This document shows, one piece after another, positions 1 through 8,023 of a DNA stretch of 64,000 bases. The notes below the pieces were generated by a model. The model had not been told where the DNA came from. It made no database searches and saw only the letters and a list, made by a program, of their open reading frames with translations. Position numbers and translations under genes: made by a program. Source of the DNA: an uncultured Planctomycetia bacterium (GTDB lineage: Bacteria; Omnitrophota; Gorgyraeia; VGKH01; JBHPFN01); contig CAYOSQ010000009.1 of assembly GCA_964406665.1 (NCBI GenBank), positions 6,106-70,105 of the forward strand. The letters run 5' to 3'. How positions within the stretch are numbered: the stretch's first letter is position 1; each line of letters starts with the position of its first letter.

Positions 1-1118
1 CCATTGGCGCGGAAAGTGGATATTTATATGTAAGAAATGAATATCCGCTTGCAGTTAAACATTCAAGGATAGCGATTGAGCAGGCAAAAAAACTGGGGCT
101 CCTGGGTAAGAATATATTAGGGAAGAAATTTTCATTTGATATAAAGATAGCCCGAGGTGGAGGTGCATTCATTTGCGGTGAGTCAAGCGCATTAATGGCA
201 TCTTTAGAAGGAATGGTGGGAGAGCCCAAGCCCAAAGATATTCATACTACAGAAAAAGGATTTTTGGATTTACCAACAAACTTGAATAATGTTGAGACCT
301 GGGCAAATGTCCCCTCAATTATTAATAACGGTGCTTCTTGGTTTGCTTCTAAGGGTACTGCCCAGAGTAAAGGAACAAAGATTTTTGCTCTTACCGGTCA
401 AATAAGAAATACTGGTTTGGTGGAAGTTCCTATGGGAATTAGTTTACGTGAGATTATATATGATATCGGCGGAGGTTCTACTAATGGCAATAGGATAAAA
501 GCTGTTCAGACTGGCGGGCCATCCGGTGGTTGTCTGCCCGAGAAGATGTTTGATTTATCAGTAGACTTTGAAGAATTAGCCCAAGCAGGTTCAATGGTGG
601 GTTCTGGCGGCATGGTAGTAATGGATGATTCAACCTGTATGGTTGATGTAGCAAAATACTTTTTGAAATTTCTCATAGATGAATCATGTGGAAAATGCGT
701 TCCTTGTAGAGTAGGTTTAAGCAGAATGCTTGAGGTGATAAATGATATCTCCGAAGGCAGAGGCACTTTAGAGAAGCTTGAGCTTCTTGAAGATACTGCC
801 GAAACTGTGACCATAGCGTCGTTATGCGCATTGGGTAAAACTGCGCCCAATCCGGTTTTATCTACGATTAAATATTTCCGCAGTGAGTACGAGGCGCATA
901 TAAAGGAAAGGCGTTGTCCTGCTGGAGTATGTAGGGAGCTAATTCATTATTCTATTAACGAAGAAAAATGTAAAGGTTGTACAGCTTGTTTAAAAGCATG
1001 TCCTCACGATGCTATTACCGGAGAAATTAAAAAGGTTCATAAAATTGACGAGAGCAAATGCCACAAGTGTGGTATTTGTAAAGAGGTCTGCAAATTTGAA
1101 GCCATAGAGGTGTTATAA
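1..1118 (+). CDS. NADH-binding NuoF/HndC-like flavoprotein subunit (51-kDa family) with two extra C-terminal 4Fe-4S ferredoxin motifs. The 5' end is truncated by the window edge.
   Basis: The frame is open from position 3, reading [18 protein letters not shown]...[19 protein letters not shown], so the CDS starts upstream of the window. The SLBB region and the N3-cluster motif [10 protein letters not shown] are present. The C-terminus carries [12 protein letters not shown] and [11 protein letters not shown] 4Fe-4S motifs. Confidence 0.8.
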   Translation, partial: IGAESGYLYVRNEYPLAVKHSRIAIEQAKKLGLLGKNILGKKFSFDIKIARGGGAFICGESSALMASLEGMVGEPKPKDIHTTEKGFLDLPTNLNNVETWANVPSIINNGASWFASKGTAQSKGTKIFALTGQIRNTGLVEVPMGISLREIIYDIGGGSTNGNRIKAVQTGGPSGGCLPEKMFDLSVDFEELAQAGSMVGSGGMVVMDDSTCMVDVAKYFLKFLIDESCGKCVPCRVGLSRMLEVINDISEGRGTLEKLELLEDTAETVTIASLCALGKTAPNPVLSTIKYFRSEYEAHIKERRCPAGVCRELIHYSINEEKCKGCTACLKACPHDAITGEIKKVHKIDESKCHKCGICKEVCKFEAIEVL

Positions 1119-1120
1119 AA

Positions 1121-1810
1121 ATGTCAAAATACATAACTCTTACTATCGACGGAGCAAAGGTTAAGGCACTAGAAGGAACAACAGTATTAGATGCAGCGCT
1201 TGATTACGGAATCTGTATTCCGCATTTGTGTCATATGCGGGGGATTACTCCTTTCGGAGGATGTCGATTGTGTATTGTAGAGGTTGTTAAGAATGGAAGG
1301 TCAAAAGTAACTGCTTCTTGTACACTTGAAGTAGAAGAGGGTATGGAAATCTTAGCTCATACCGAAAAGATACTTAAGGCAAGAAAAAATGTTGCAGAGA
1401 TGTTAGTCGCGGAAGCACCGAATTCGCGGGCTATCCAGGATATTGCTGTTAGATGTGGTGTTAAAAATGTAAGATATGCGTTTCGCCATAAAGAGTGTGT
1501 TTTGTGCGGGCGTTGCGTGAGAGTTTGCGATGAACTTTGGCGGTCTAAATCTTTAGGATTTGTCGGCCGTGGCAATGAGCGCCACGTAAGATTGCCGTTT
1601 GACAAAAGACCGGAGTTTTGCAAACAATGCAATAATTGCATAGATGCTTGTCCTATGACGATTACTCCTTGTCCTGGTCCTATGAAAGAGGGCGAAGAAG
1701 CCCTTTGTGGTTTATGTGAATCACAGCTATCTATGGCCAAGGAAATTGAGGATAGTTGTGTAGATTGTAGGCTAGGAGAAGGATTTAATTGCGTTAAAAA
1801 GACCTCTTAA
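1121..1810 (+). CDS. Fe-S protein resembling the NuoG/HndD N-terminus (2Fe-2S plus His-ligated and classical 4Fe-4S clusters)
   Basis: It starts 3 nt after the previous stop, so the two are likely coupled. The N-terminus has a 2Fe-2S fold (ITLTIDG...CH...GGCRLC). HKECVLCGRCVRVC and CKQCNNCIDACP motifs follow. Confidence 0.7.
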   Translation: MSKYITLTIDGAKVKALEGTTVLDAALDYGICIPHLCHMRGITPFGGCRLCIVEVVKNGRSKVTASCTLEVEEGMEILAHTEKILKARKNVAEMLVAEAPNSRAIQDIAVRCGVKNVRYAFRHKECVLCGRCVRVCDELWRSKSLGFVGRGNERHVRLPFDKRPEFCKQCNNCIDACPMTITPCPGPMKEGEEALCGLCESQLSMAKEIEDSCVDCRLGEGFNCVKKTS

Positions 1811-1931
1811 AAAATCTTGACAAAAATTATAATAGTAGTTATAATTTAAACAAATTCTACAGTGTTGTATTTTAAGATTGAACAAAGGCGTTCTTAGTCA
1901 AGGACGTCTTTTGTTTTAGTTTGAGGTTAGA

Positions 1932-2070
1932 CCCGCACCTTTTTGGTATCCAAGGGGATGCTAAAAAGGTGATAAAAAAGTAGATAGATAAAAGGTGCGG
2001 GATTAATTCGCACAAGTGATTTACATCGCTTTCAGCTCAGTAAATCATGTGCTCATTAAATGGAGGAAAA
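1932..2070 (+). promoter_or_regulatory. Structured 5' leader (copy A of a shared nitrogen-gene leader motif). A GC hairpin with two alternative 3' partners is followed by a second hairpin that ends at the RBS.
   Basis: CCCGCACCTTTT (1932-1943) can pair with AAAAGGTG (~1964-1971) or with AAAAGGTGCGGG (1990-2001). The second hairpin is gcacaaGTGATTTAC (2010-2024) pairing with GTAAATCATgtgc (2040-2052). It is followed directly by tcattaaaTGGAGG and the ATG at 2071. Copy B lies at 8377-8540. Confidence 0.5.
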
Positions 2071-3657
2071 ATGAATCTGCAAAGACCAAATGCAAATGAT
2101 GTAACACAGACAGCGAATCGATCCAGGAATATTGCTCCTACTTCAGGACTTTGTACTCGCTGTATCGATGGTTGTCGCGGTAACTGTGAAGTATTCAAAG
2201 CTAGTTTTCGTGGCCGAGAGGTAATTTATCCAGGGCCGTTTGGAGAAATAACTGCCGGAGGAGATAAAGATTATCCGGTTGATTATTCGCATCTTAATAT
2301 TTTAGGTTATGCTATGGGAGCAAAGGGACTTCCTAAAGGAGTTAAAGGTGATCCTGATACTGCTATATTTCCTAAAGTAGATACTGAGACTGAATATGGT
2401 TGGAAAGATAAAGTAAAAATGGCAATTCCTGCATTTACCGGCGCTTTAGGTTCTACTGAAATCGCTAGAAAGAACTGGGAACATTTTGCCATCGGTGCTG
2501 CTATTTCGGGCGTAACGCTTGTCTGCGGAGAGAATGTCTGTGGTATAGATCCTGCATTAGAATTGGATTCTAAGGGAATGATTAAAAAAGCACCTGATAT
2601 GGATAGAAGGATTGAGACCTACCGTAAGTTTCACCAAGGATACGGAGAAATTCTTGTTCAGATGAATGTTGAAGATACTAGGCTTGGTGTTGCTGAGTAT
2701 GTTAGTAAAAAGCATAAGCTAAAGACTATCGAGCTTAAGTGGGGCCAAGGAGCAAAATGTATCGGAGGAGAAATTAAAGTTAAATCTTTAGAGAGAGCGT
2801 TGGAACTCAAAAAACGCGGATACATTGTAACACCTGATCCTACGCTTAAATCAGTTAAGCAGGCGTATAAGGCAGGAGCAATTAAAGAGTTCGAACGTCA
2901 TTCTCGCCTAGGGTTTGTTACTGAGGAAGATTTCTTCAAGGAAATTAAGCGTTTAAGAAATTTAGGTTTTGAGCGCATTACATTAAAGACCGGCGCCTAT
3001 CCTATGAGAGAATTGGCAATGGCGATTAAGTGGAGTGCTGAAGCTAAGATCGACCTTCTAACCATTGACGGTGCTCCGGGTGGAACAGGCATGAGTCCAT
3101 GGCGCATGATGGAAGAATGGGGACTTCCTACGTTCTATCTTCAGTCTTTAACTCATGAAATCTGTGAGAAGCTATCCAAAAAAGGTGTGAAGCTTCCTGA
3201 TATTGCTATTGCAGGAGGATTTTCTACCGAGGATCATATCTTCAAAGTATTATCAATGGGTGCTCCATATGTTAAATCTGTATGTATGGGGAGAGCCTTT
3301 ATGATTCCTGGTATGGTTGGTAAGAATATTGGATACTGGATTGAAGGAAAAGATCTTCCTAATACAGTTTCTCGTTTTGGTAAAAAACCAGAAGAGATCT
3401 TTGTTTGTTACAAAGAGCTTGAAGAGAAATACGGTAAGAGAATAAAAGAGATTCCTTTAGGTGCTATAGGAATTTATAGTTTCTCTCAGAAGTTAAGAGT
3501 AGGTCTGCAGCAGTTAATGGCAGGAACGAGAAACTTTAGTCTTCCGTCTATTTCTCGTAAAGATGTTGCCTGTCTTACCCAAGAGGCAGCTAAGATCTCT
3601 GGCATTCCTTATATTATGGATGCATATCGAGAAGAAGCAAATAAGGTATTGAAGTAA
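2071..3657 (+). CDS. Glutamate synthase family protein (archaeal-type GltB domain 2, FMN/Fe-S catalytic domain, COG0069-like)
   Basis: The N-terminal Cys cluster CTRCIDGCRGNCEV is followed by a GltB FMN-domain-like sequence. I prefer the ATG at 2071, which has a GGAGG RBS, over the track start at 2047, which lies inside the leader hairpin. Confidence 0.7.
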   Translation: MNLQRPNANDVTQTANRSRNIAPTSGLCTRCIDGCRGNCEVFKASFRGREVIYPGPFGEITAGGDKDYPVDYSHLNILGYAMGAKGLPKGVKGDPDTAIFPKVDTETEYGWKDKVKMAIPAFTGALGSTEIARKNWEHFAIGAAISGVTLVCGENVCGIDPALELDSKGMIKKAPDMDRRIETYRKFHQGYGEILVQMNVEDTRLGVAEYVSKKHKLKTIELKWGQGAKCIGGEIKVKSLERALELKKRGYIVTPDPTLKSVKQAYKAGAIKEFERHSRLGFVTEEDFFKEIKRLRNLGFERITLKTGAYPMRELAMAIKWSAEAKIDLLTIDGAPGGTGMSPWRMMEEWGLPTFYLQSLTHEICEKLSKKGVKLPDIAIAGGFSTEDHIFKVLSMGAPYVKSVCMGRAFMIPGMVGKNIGYWIEGKDLPNTVSRFGKKPEEIFVCYKELEEKYGKRIKEIPLGAIGIYSFSQKLRVGLQQLMAGTRNFSLPSISRKDVACLTQEAAKISGIPYIMDAYREEANKVLK

Positions 3658-3690
3658 GAAAAGACAAGAAGAAATTCTTGTGTGGTTTAT

Positions 3691-3730
3691 AAAAGCGGCG
3701 TCCGCCAAAATGGCAGACGCCGCTTTAATT
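3691..3730. terminator. Bidirectional Rho-independent terminator between convergent genes
   Basis: The sequence is aaaaGCGGCGTCcGCCaaaaTGGCaGACGCCGCtttaatt. A GC-rich stem is flanked by an A-run upstream and a T-run downstream. Confidence 0.7.
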
Positions 3731-3809
3731 TACAACCAGTCACTCGGGACTGTTAGCGATAGCAACCCTTTAGGGCTTCGCTGCCCCTCGCCTTGCTCGG
3801 GACTGCTTA

Positions 3810-5336
3810 TTAGAGTAGGGGAAGGTATTTCTTTATTTCATGCTGCGTGATCTGGATACGATATTCTTCCCATTCCCGCTTTTTGTTAAACAGAAATCTA
3901 CTGAATATATGTTCTCCTAAGGCATCTTTAACGAATGAACTTTTTTCCGTTTCAAGAATTGCCTCGAAAAGGTTTCCCGGTAGAGATGTCAGACCACGGC
4001 GCTCGCGTTCTTCCATTGCCATATTATAGATATTCGGCTCGACAGGAGCAGGGATGGCATATTTTTTCTCTATGCCTTCTAAGCCCGCTGCTAACATAAC
4101 CGCAAATGCTAAATACGGGTTGCAAGCAGGATCTGGACAACGTAGTTCTACGCGTGTTGCTTTTTCATTTCCCATGCGATACAAAGGGACTCTCAAAAGT
4201 GCAGTCCTGTTTCTCTGTGCCCAGGATGCATAAACCGGAGCTTCGTATCCTGAGACAAGTCTTTTATAAGAGTTTACCCACTGCGCAGTAAGAGAACATA
4301 TTTCACGTGCATGCTTTAATTGTCCGGCAATAAAACGCTTTGCAATAGGAGATAAGTGGTGCTTGTCTTTCTTATCAAAGAAAGCATTTTTGCTACCTTT
4401 AAACAAAGACTGATGTACGTGCATTCCTGAACCATTAACACCAAACATCGGCTTAGGCATAAAGGTAGCATAGACGCCTGCTTGCTGGGCGATTTCTTTA
4501 ATAACATATTTGGATGTAATCACATTGTCTGCAGCAGAAAGCGCATCGGAATATTTTGGATCAATCTCATGTTGAGAAGGGGCTACCTCATGATGGCTGG
4601 CTTCCATCGATACACCCATTTCTTCTAGTACCCGTATAGTCTTATTTCGAAGCGTATTGGCCAAGTCGTTGGGAATTAACTCAAAATATGAACCTTCATC
4701 AATAATCTCAGGTTTATGCGCAGACTTAAAATAGAAGTACTCAATCTCAGCGCCTACAAAAAATGTAAGACCATATTTATTCGCACGTGCCATTGCTCGT
4801 TTTAAGACGTAGCGAGGATCACCTACGTATGCACTTCTATCAGGGTTTAAGATATCGCAGAAAATGCGTGCTATAGGGTAATCACCTTTAGTCCAAGGGA
4901 GTATCTTAAAGGTAGTAGGATCGGGTTGAGCGATTATGTCGCTTTCCTCAGCTTCTGCAAAACCGGTAACTGAAGAACCATCAAAACCTTTACCATGCTC
5001 CAGAGCTTCTTTAAGTTCACCAGGGGTTATGGAAACACACTTTAAAATACCTAAAATATCCACGAACCACAGCTGAATGGTGCGAATCTTATTGTGTTCG
5101 ACCTTAGCTAGGATATCGCGTGCAATACGTTTCTTAGATGAAGTAAGCGCTGGGTTTTCAGCGCGCCTTGCTGCTTGAGATTTACGTTTAGGCAAAAGCG
5201 CATCCTTAGGGATTATGTACTGTCTGCCTGCTCGCTCAGCAGGGAGGGTGCCGTGTTTGATTTTATCGTTCACTGCTTGTCTAGAAATTCCTAAAAGCTT
5301 CGCTGCTTCTGTTGGACTTAAATATTCTTTATTCAT
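3810..5336 (-). CDS. Glutamine synthetase paralog (GSI-alpha-like catalytic domain) fused to an N-terminal excisionase/MerR-superfamily helix-turn-helix domain
   Basis: The N-terminus MNKEYLSPTEAAKLLGISRQAVNDKIKHGTLPAERAGRQYIIPKDAL is an HTH_17-type DNA-binding domain. A complete GS domain follows: DGSS, NGSGMHVHQS, NPY and SWAQRNRTALLRVP motifs, and an NIYNM adenylylation-loop-like segment. It is closely paralogous to the glnA at 8547. I prefer the start at 5336, which has an AAGGAGGT SD, over the track start at 5381. Confidence 0.8.
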   Translation of the reverse strand: MNKEYLSPTEAAKLLGISRQAVNDKIKHGTLPAERAGRQYIIPKDALLPKRKSQAARRAENPALTSSKKRIARDILAKVEHNKIRTIQLWFVDILGILKCVSITPGELKEALEHGKGFDGSSVTGFAEAEESDIIAQPDPTTFKILPWTKGDYPIARIFCDILNPDRSAYVGDPRYVLKRAMARANKYGLTFFVGAEIEYFYFKSAHKPEIIDEGSYFELIPNDLANTLRNKTIRVLEEMGVSMEASHHEVAPSQHEIDPKYSDALSAADNVITSKYVIKEIAQQAGVYATFMPKPMFGVNGSGMHVHQSLFKGSKNAFFDKKDKHHLSPIAKRFIAGQLKHAREICSLTAQWVNSYKRLVSGYEAPVYASWAQRNRTALLRVPLYRMGNEKATRVELRCPDPACNPYLAFAVMLAAGLEGIEKKYAIPAPVEPNIYNMAMEERERRGLTSLPGNLFEAILETEKSSFVKDALGEHIFSRFLFNKKREWEEYRIQITQHEIKKYLPLL

Positions 5337-5339
5337 GTC

Positions 5340-5425
5340 GTACCTCCTTGTCAATTGACAAGTATACCATAAACTTGTCATTTGTCAAGTAAAATCTTTT
5401 TTTACAAAAAAACTTGACAAAATGG
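5340..5425 (-). promoter_or_regulatory. Sigma70-type promoter overlapped by three inverted-repeat operator candidates built from TTGTCAA/TTGACAA half-sites
   Basis: Read in gene orientation the region is TTTGTCAAGT-(19)-ACTTGACAAA, then TGACAAGT-N9-ACTTGTCA, then the perfect palindrome CTTGTCAATTGACAAG just before the SD. TTGACA-16-TATACT promoter hexamers are embedded in the dyads. Confidence 0.6.
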
Positions 5426-5444
5426 CCAGATATGTTATATTTAA

Positions 5445-5501
5445 CATGACGATGGAAGTCAAAGAGGCAATGTAGCCCCAATGTAATGGGGCAATTTTTT
5501 T
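5445..5501 (+). ncRNA. Candidate short transcript (sRNA or leader) divergent from the HTH-GS promoter
   Basis: A divergent TTGACA (5413-5418)-17-TATATT promoter is followed ~55 nt later by the clean intrinsic terminator GCCCCAatgtaaTGGGGCaattttttta (5475-5501). There is no credible ORF between them. Confidence 0.25.
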
Positions 5502-5564
5502 AGACAAAGATGTCCTGATTGAGATTTAAAGAATCTCGATGAGGATTTTTTTATTTTTTTGAAC

Positions 5565-5689
5565 GAAGACGTTCTTAATGACCTAAGAAAGGTTGGAGAA
5601 CGTCTTTTTTTTAGATTGTGACACAACTTACGTAAGCGTAAACGAGACGTAAGTTGTAAGTCACAAGCAACCCCGGACAAAGTCCGGGG
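5565..5689 (+). promoter_or_regulatory. Cluster of three hairpins upstream of the amtB-associated operon. The first is terminator-like.
   Basis: AAGACGTTCT...AGAACGTCTTtttttttt lies at 5565-5612. ACAACTTACGT...ACGTAAGTTGT lies at 5623-5657. CCCCGGACaaaGTCCGGGG lies at 5671-5689. Confidence 0.4.
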
Positions 5690-5716
5690 AAGGATAAGAA
5701 TAAAAAGGAGAAAATA

Positions 5717-6514
5717 ATGAGAAGATCAAAAATAAATTTTATTGTTTTAGCAATAGTTGTTTCAGTGTTTCTTGCTCTTCCTATATATGCTGTTGAAGTA
5801 AATGATCAGGAAGTAAATATTTCTGTTTCGCAAGTTTTTGTTTCAAGATATATCTGGCGAGGGCAGGATCTTTATGCACAAAATGATGCAGCTTATCAAC
5901 CCAGTATTGATATATCTGCTCCCGGGTTTTTATTTGGGACAGATGTAGGTTTGAATATCTGGGGGTCGTTTCCGTTGTCAGATGGCCACGAAGACGGCGA
6001 AGAGCTTGATTATACCTTGAGTTTTTCCAAAGATTTCTTTGATGGCCTGGTAAGTATATCAGAGGGTTACACCTATTTTGACTATCCTAATACATCAGAT
6101 ACTGCAGATGTGAGTGAACCTTGGGTAAACATTACGCTTAATGAGATTCCTAAACTTCCAATTCCCATTTCAATGTCAGTGTTTATGGGATATGATTTTG
6201 CAGCAGCTTCAGGTGGGCCTGATGAGGGCTGGTATTATTCCTGGGGTTTTGCTGGGGATATTGATTTACCTGAGTGGGAAATCTTCCAGGAAGATCAAGT
6301 AGTCTCTTGTAGTATTACTAATTGGGGCAATGACGGTGTTGCTGACCTTAAGCCCAGCACACTTTATGCAACTGATTTTTCGTTTTCAACCTCATATGCA
6401 TTTGGTGATATTAGTGTATCTCCTAGCTTAAATTATACTATGAACCATGAGGAAGCGATCAATTCAGGGGATAGTGAAATTTGGACCGGGATAGAAATCA
6501 GTTATGTATTCTAA
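5717..6514 (+). CDS. Exported hypothetical protein, possibly an outer-membrane beta-barrel, upstream of amtB
   Basis: There is an AAGGAG RBS. The signal peptide is MRRSKINFIVLAIVVSVFLALPIYA. The protein is rich in aromatic/Gly beta-strand-like segments and ends in a C-terminal Phe (..ISYVF). Confidence 0.5.
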   Translation: MRRSKINFIVLAIVVSVFLALPIYAVEVNDQEVNISVSQVFVSRYIWRGQDLYAQNDAAYQPSIDISAPGFLFGTDVGLNIWGSFPLSDGHEDGEELDYTLSFSKDFFDGLVSISEGYTYFDYPNTSDTADVSEPWVNITLNEIPKLPIPISMSVFMGYDFAAASGGPDEGWYYSWGFAGDIDLPEWEIFQEDQVVSCSITNWGNDGVADLKPSTLYATDFSFSTSYAFGDISVSPSLNYTMNHEEAINSGDSEIWTGIEISYVF

Positions 6515-6576
6515 TAACCCCAAAGGGGTTATTGGCCCGCGAACTAATTACTAGCGGGCTTATAAAGGAGGCAACG

Positions 6577-7950
6577 ATGTTGAGACGCTTATTTAGATAT
6601 AGATTTATCAAACTTGTTTTATTAGGAATTGTGGCAGTTAGCATAATGCTGGGAACTGCTTTTGCTGATGATGCTACAGCTGAAAGTAATTCCGTAGCAA
6701 TTAATACAGTTTGGACCCTCATTGCAGCATTTCTGGTTTTCTTTATGCAGGCTGGATTTGCTATGGTTGAGACTGGTTTCACCAGGGCAAAAAACGCAGC
6801 CAATATTATGATGAAGAACTTAATGGATTTTAGTGTAGGTTCTATCGCCTATTGGCTGATTGGATTTGGAATTATGTTTGGCACATCTGCGTGGGGGCTT
6901 TTCGGTAAGGACGGGTTTTTCTTAAGCTCAGGTGATCCTTCCACCGGTGAAGGTTTATGGCAGTTTGCATTTTGGATGTTTCAGACTGTGTTTGCAGCTA
7001 CCGCTGCTACTATAGTTTCTGGTGCAATGGCAGAGAGAACAAAATTTTCTGCCTACCTTTGGTATAGTGTTTTTATAACCGCTCTTATTTATCCTGTTGT
7101 AGGTCATTGGATTTGGGGTGGTGGATGGCTTTCCGCCAAGGGAATGATTGATTTTGCTGGTTCTACAGTGGTTCATTCGGTTGGTGGCTGGGCTGCGCTT
7201 GCAGGTGCAATTTTGCTGGGTCCTCGCTTGGGTAAATATAATAAGGACGGTTCTTCTCGGGCTATCCCAGGGCACAATATTCCTTTGGCAGCTTTGGGTG
7301 TGTTTATTTTATGGTTTGGATGGTTTGGCTTTAATGCCGGAAGTACGACAGCAGGCACTAATTTAAGCATAGCTACAATAGCGGTTACAACTAACTTAGC
7401 AGCAGCAGCTGGAGCTATAGCTGCGATGTCTACTGTTTGGATTCAATTTAAGAAACCTGATACTAGTATGGCTTTAAATGGTGCTTTGGCTGGACTCGTT
7501 GCGATAACGGCTCCTTGTGCAAGCGTTTCTCCGTTGAGTGCAATTATTATAGGAGCTCTTGCTGGAGTTGTTGTTGTTTTCAGTGTTGAGTTTATCGATA
7601 AGGTACTGAAGGTTGATGATCCTGTGGGTGCTATATCGGTGCATGGTGTTTGCGGTGCCTTTGGAACATTGTGTGCTGGTCTGTTTGCAGAAGCTGCTTA
7701 TGGTGAAGCCAGCGGCGTGGGAGCAGTTAATGGTCTTTTCTTCGGCGGTGGATGGAGCCAGTTTTTAACACAGCTAACAGGTGTTGTTTCAGTATTTTTA
7801 TGGGTATTTACATCTGCATTTATTTTGTTTTTCGTAGTTAAGAAGACAGTAGGTTTGAGAGCTTCAGATGAAGAGCAACTCAAAGGGCTTGATATTAGCG
7901 AGCATGGGATGGAGTCTTATTCTGGTTTTCAAATCTTTACAAATGAATAA
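6577..7950 (+). CDS. amtB: Ammonium transporter AmtB
   Basis: The RBS AAGGAGG is followed by the ATG at 6577. It has a signal-like N-terminus and typical Amt family TM motifs (FAMVETGF, VHSVGGWAALAGAILLGPRLGKY). The track start at 6481 overlaps the upstream gene and is rejected. Confidence 0.9.
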   Translation: MLRRLFRYRFIKLVLLGIVAVSIMLGTAFADDATAESNSVAINTVWTLIAAFLVFFMQAGFAMVETGFTRAKNAANIMMKNLMDFSVGSIAYWLIGFGIMFGTSAWGLFGKDGFFLSSGDPSTGEGLWQFAFWMFQTVFAATAATIVSGAMAERTKFSAYLWYSVFITALIYPVVGHWIWGGGWLSAKGMIDFAGSTVVHSVGGWAALAGAILLGPRLGKYNKDGSSRAIPGHNIPLAALGVFILWFGWFGFNAGSTTAGTNLSIATIAVTTNLAAAAGAIAAMSTVWIQFKKPDTSMALNGALAGLVAITAPCASVSPLSAIIIGALAGVVVVFSVEFIDKVLKVDDPVGAISVHGVCGAFGTLCAGLFAEAAYGEASGVGAVNGLFFGGGWSQFLTQLTGVVSVFLWVFTSAFILFFVVKKTVGLRASDEEQLKGLDISEHGMESYSGFQIFTNE

Positions 7951-8023
7951 ATAAAGTATAATGCTTTGCTCAGGGTGTTGTAGTTCAATGCCCTGAGCAA
8001 TAAGAAAATAAAGGAGAAATAAA

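Noticed and set aside
506-850. Antisense and intragenic ORFs of 60-165 aa inside confidently assigned genes. Examples are 506..850, 1357..1740, 2307..2492, 6498..6803, 6955..7275, 12081..12302, 15179..15571, 26399..26716, 27026..27520, 28862..29302, 36411..36812, 36442..36732, 50304..50687, 51987..52460 and 52743..53117.
   Set aside because: Each lies wholly inside a longer ORF that has clear family motifs on the other frame or strand. They have low-complexity or frame-shadow compositions and no RBS. They are treated as spurious.
5337-5381. Track start codons lying inside regulatory DNA: 5381 for the GS-HTH gene, 2047 for the GltB-like gene, 6481 for amtB, 16480 for the membrane protein, 37467 for the helicase, 31549 for the polyferredoxin and 20782 for the exported protein
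   Set aside because: In each case the upstream start falls inside operator palindromes, leader hairpins, a -35 hexamer or the preceding gene. A downstream ATG with a proper Shine-Dalgarno sequence and a family-typical N-terminus is available.
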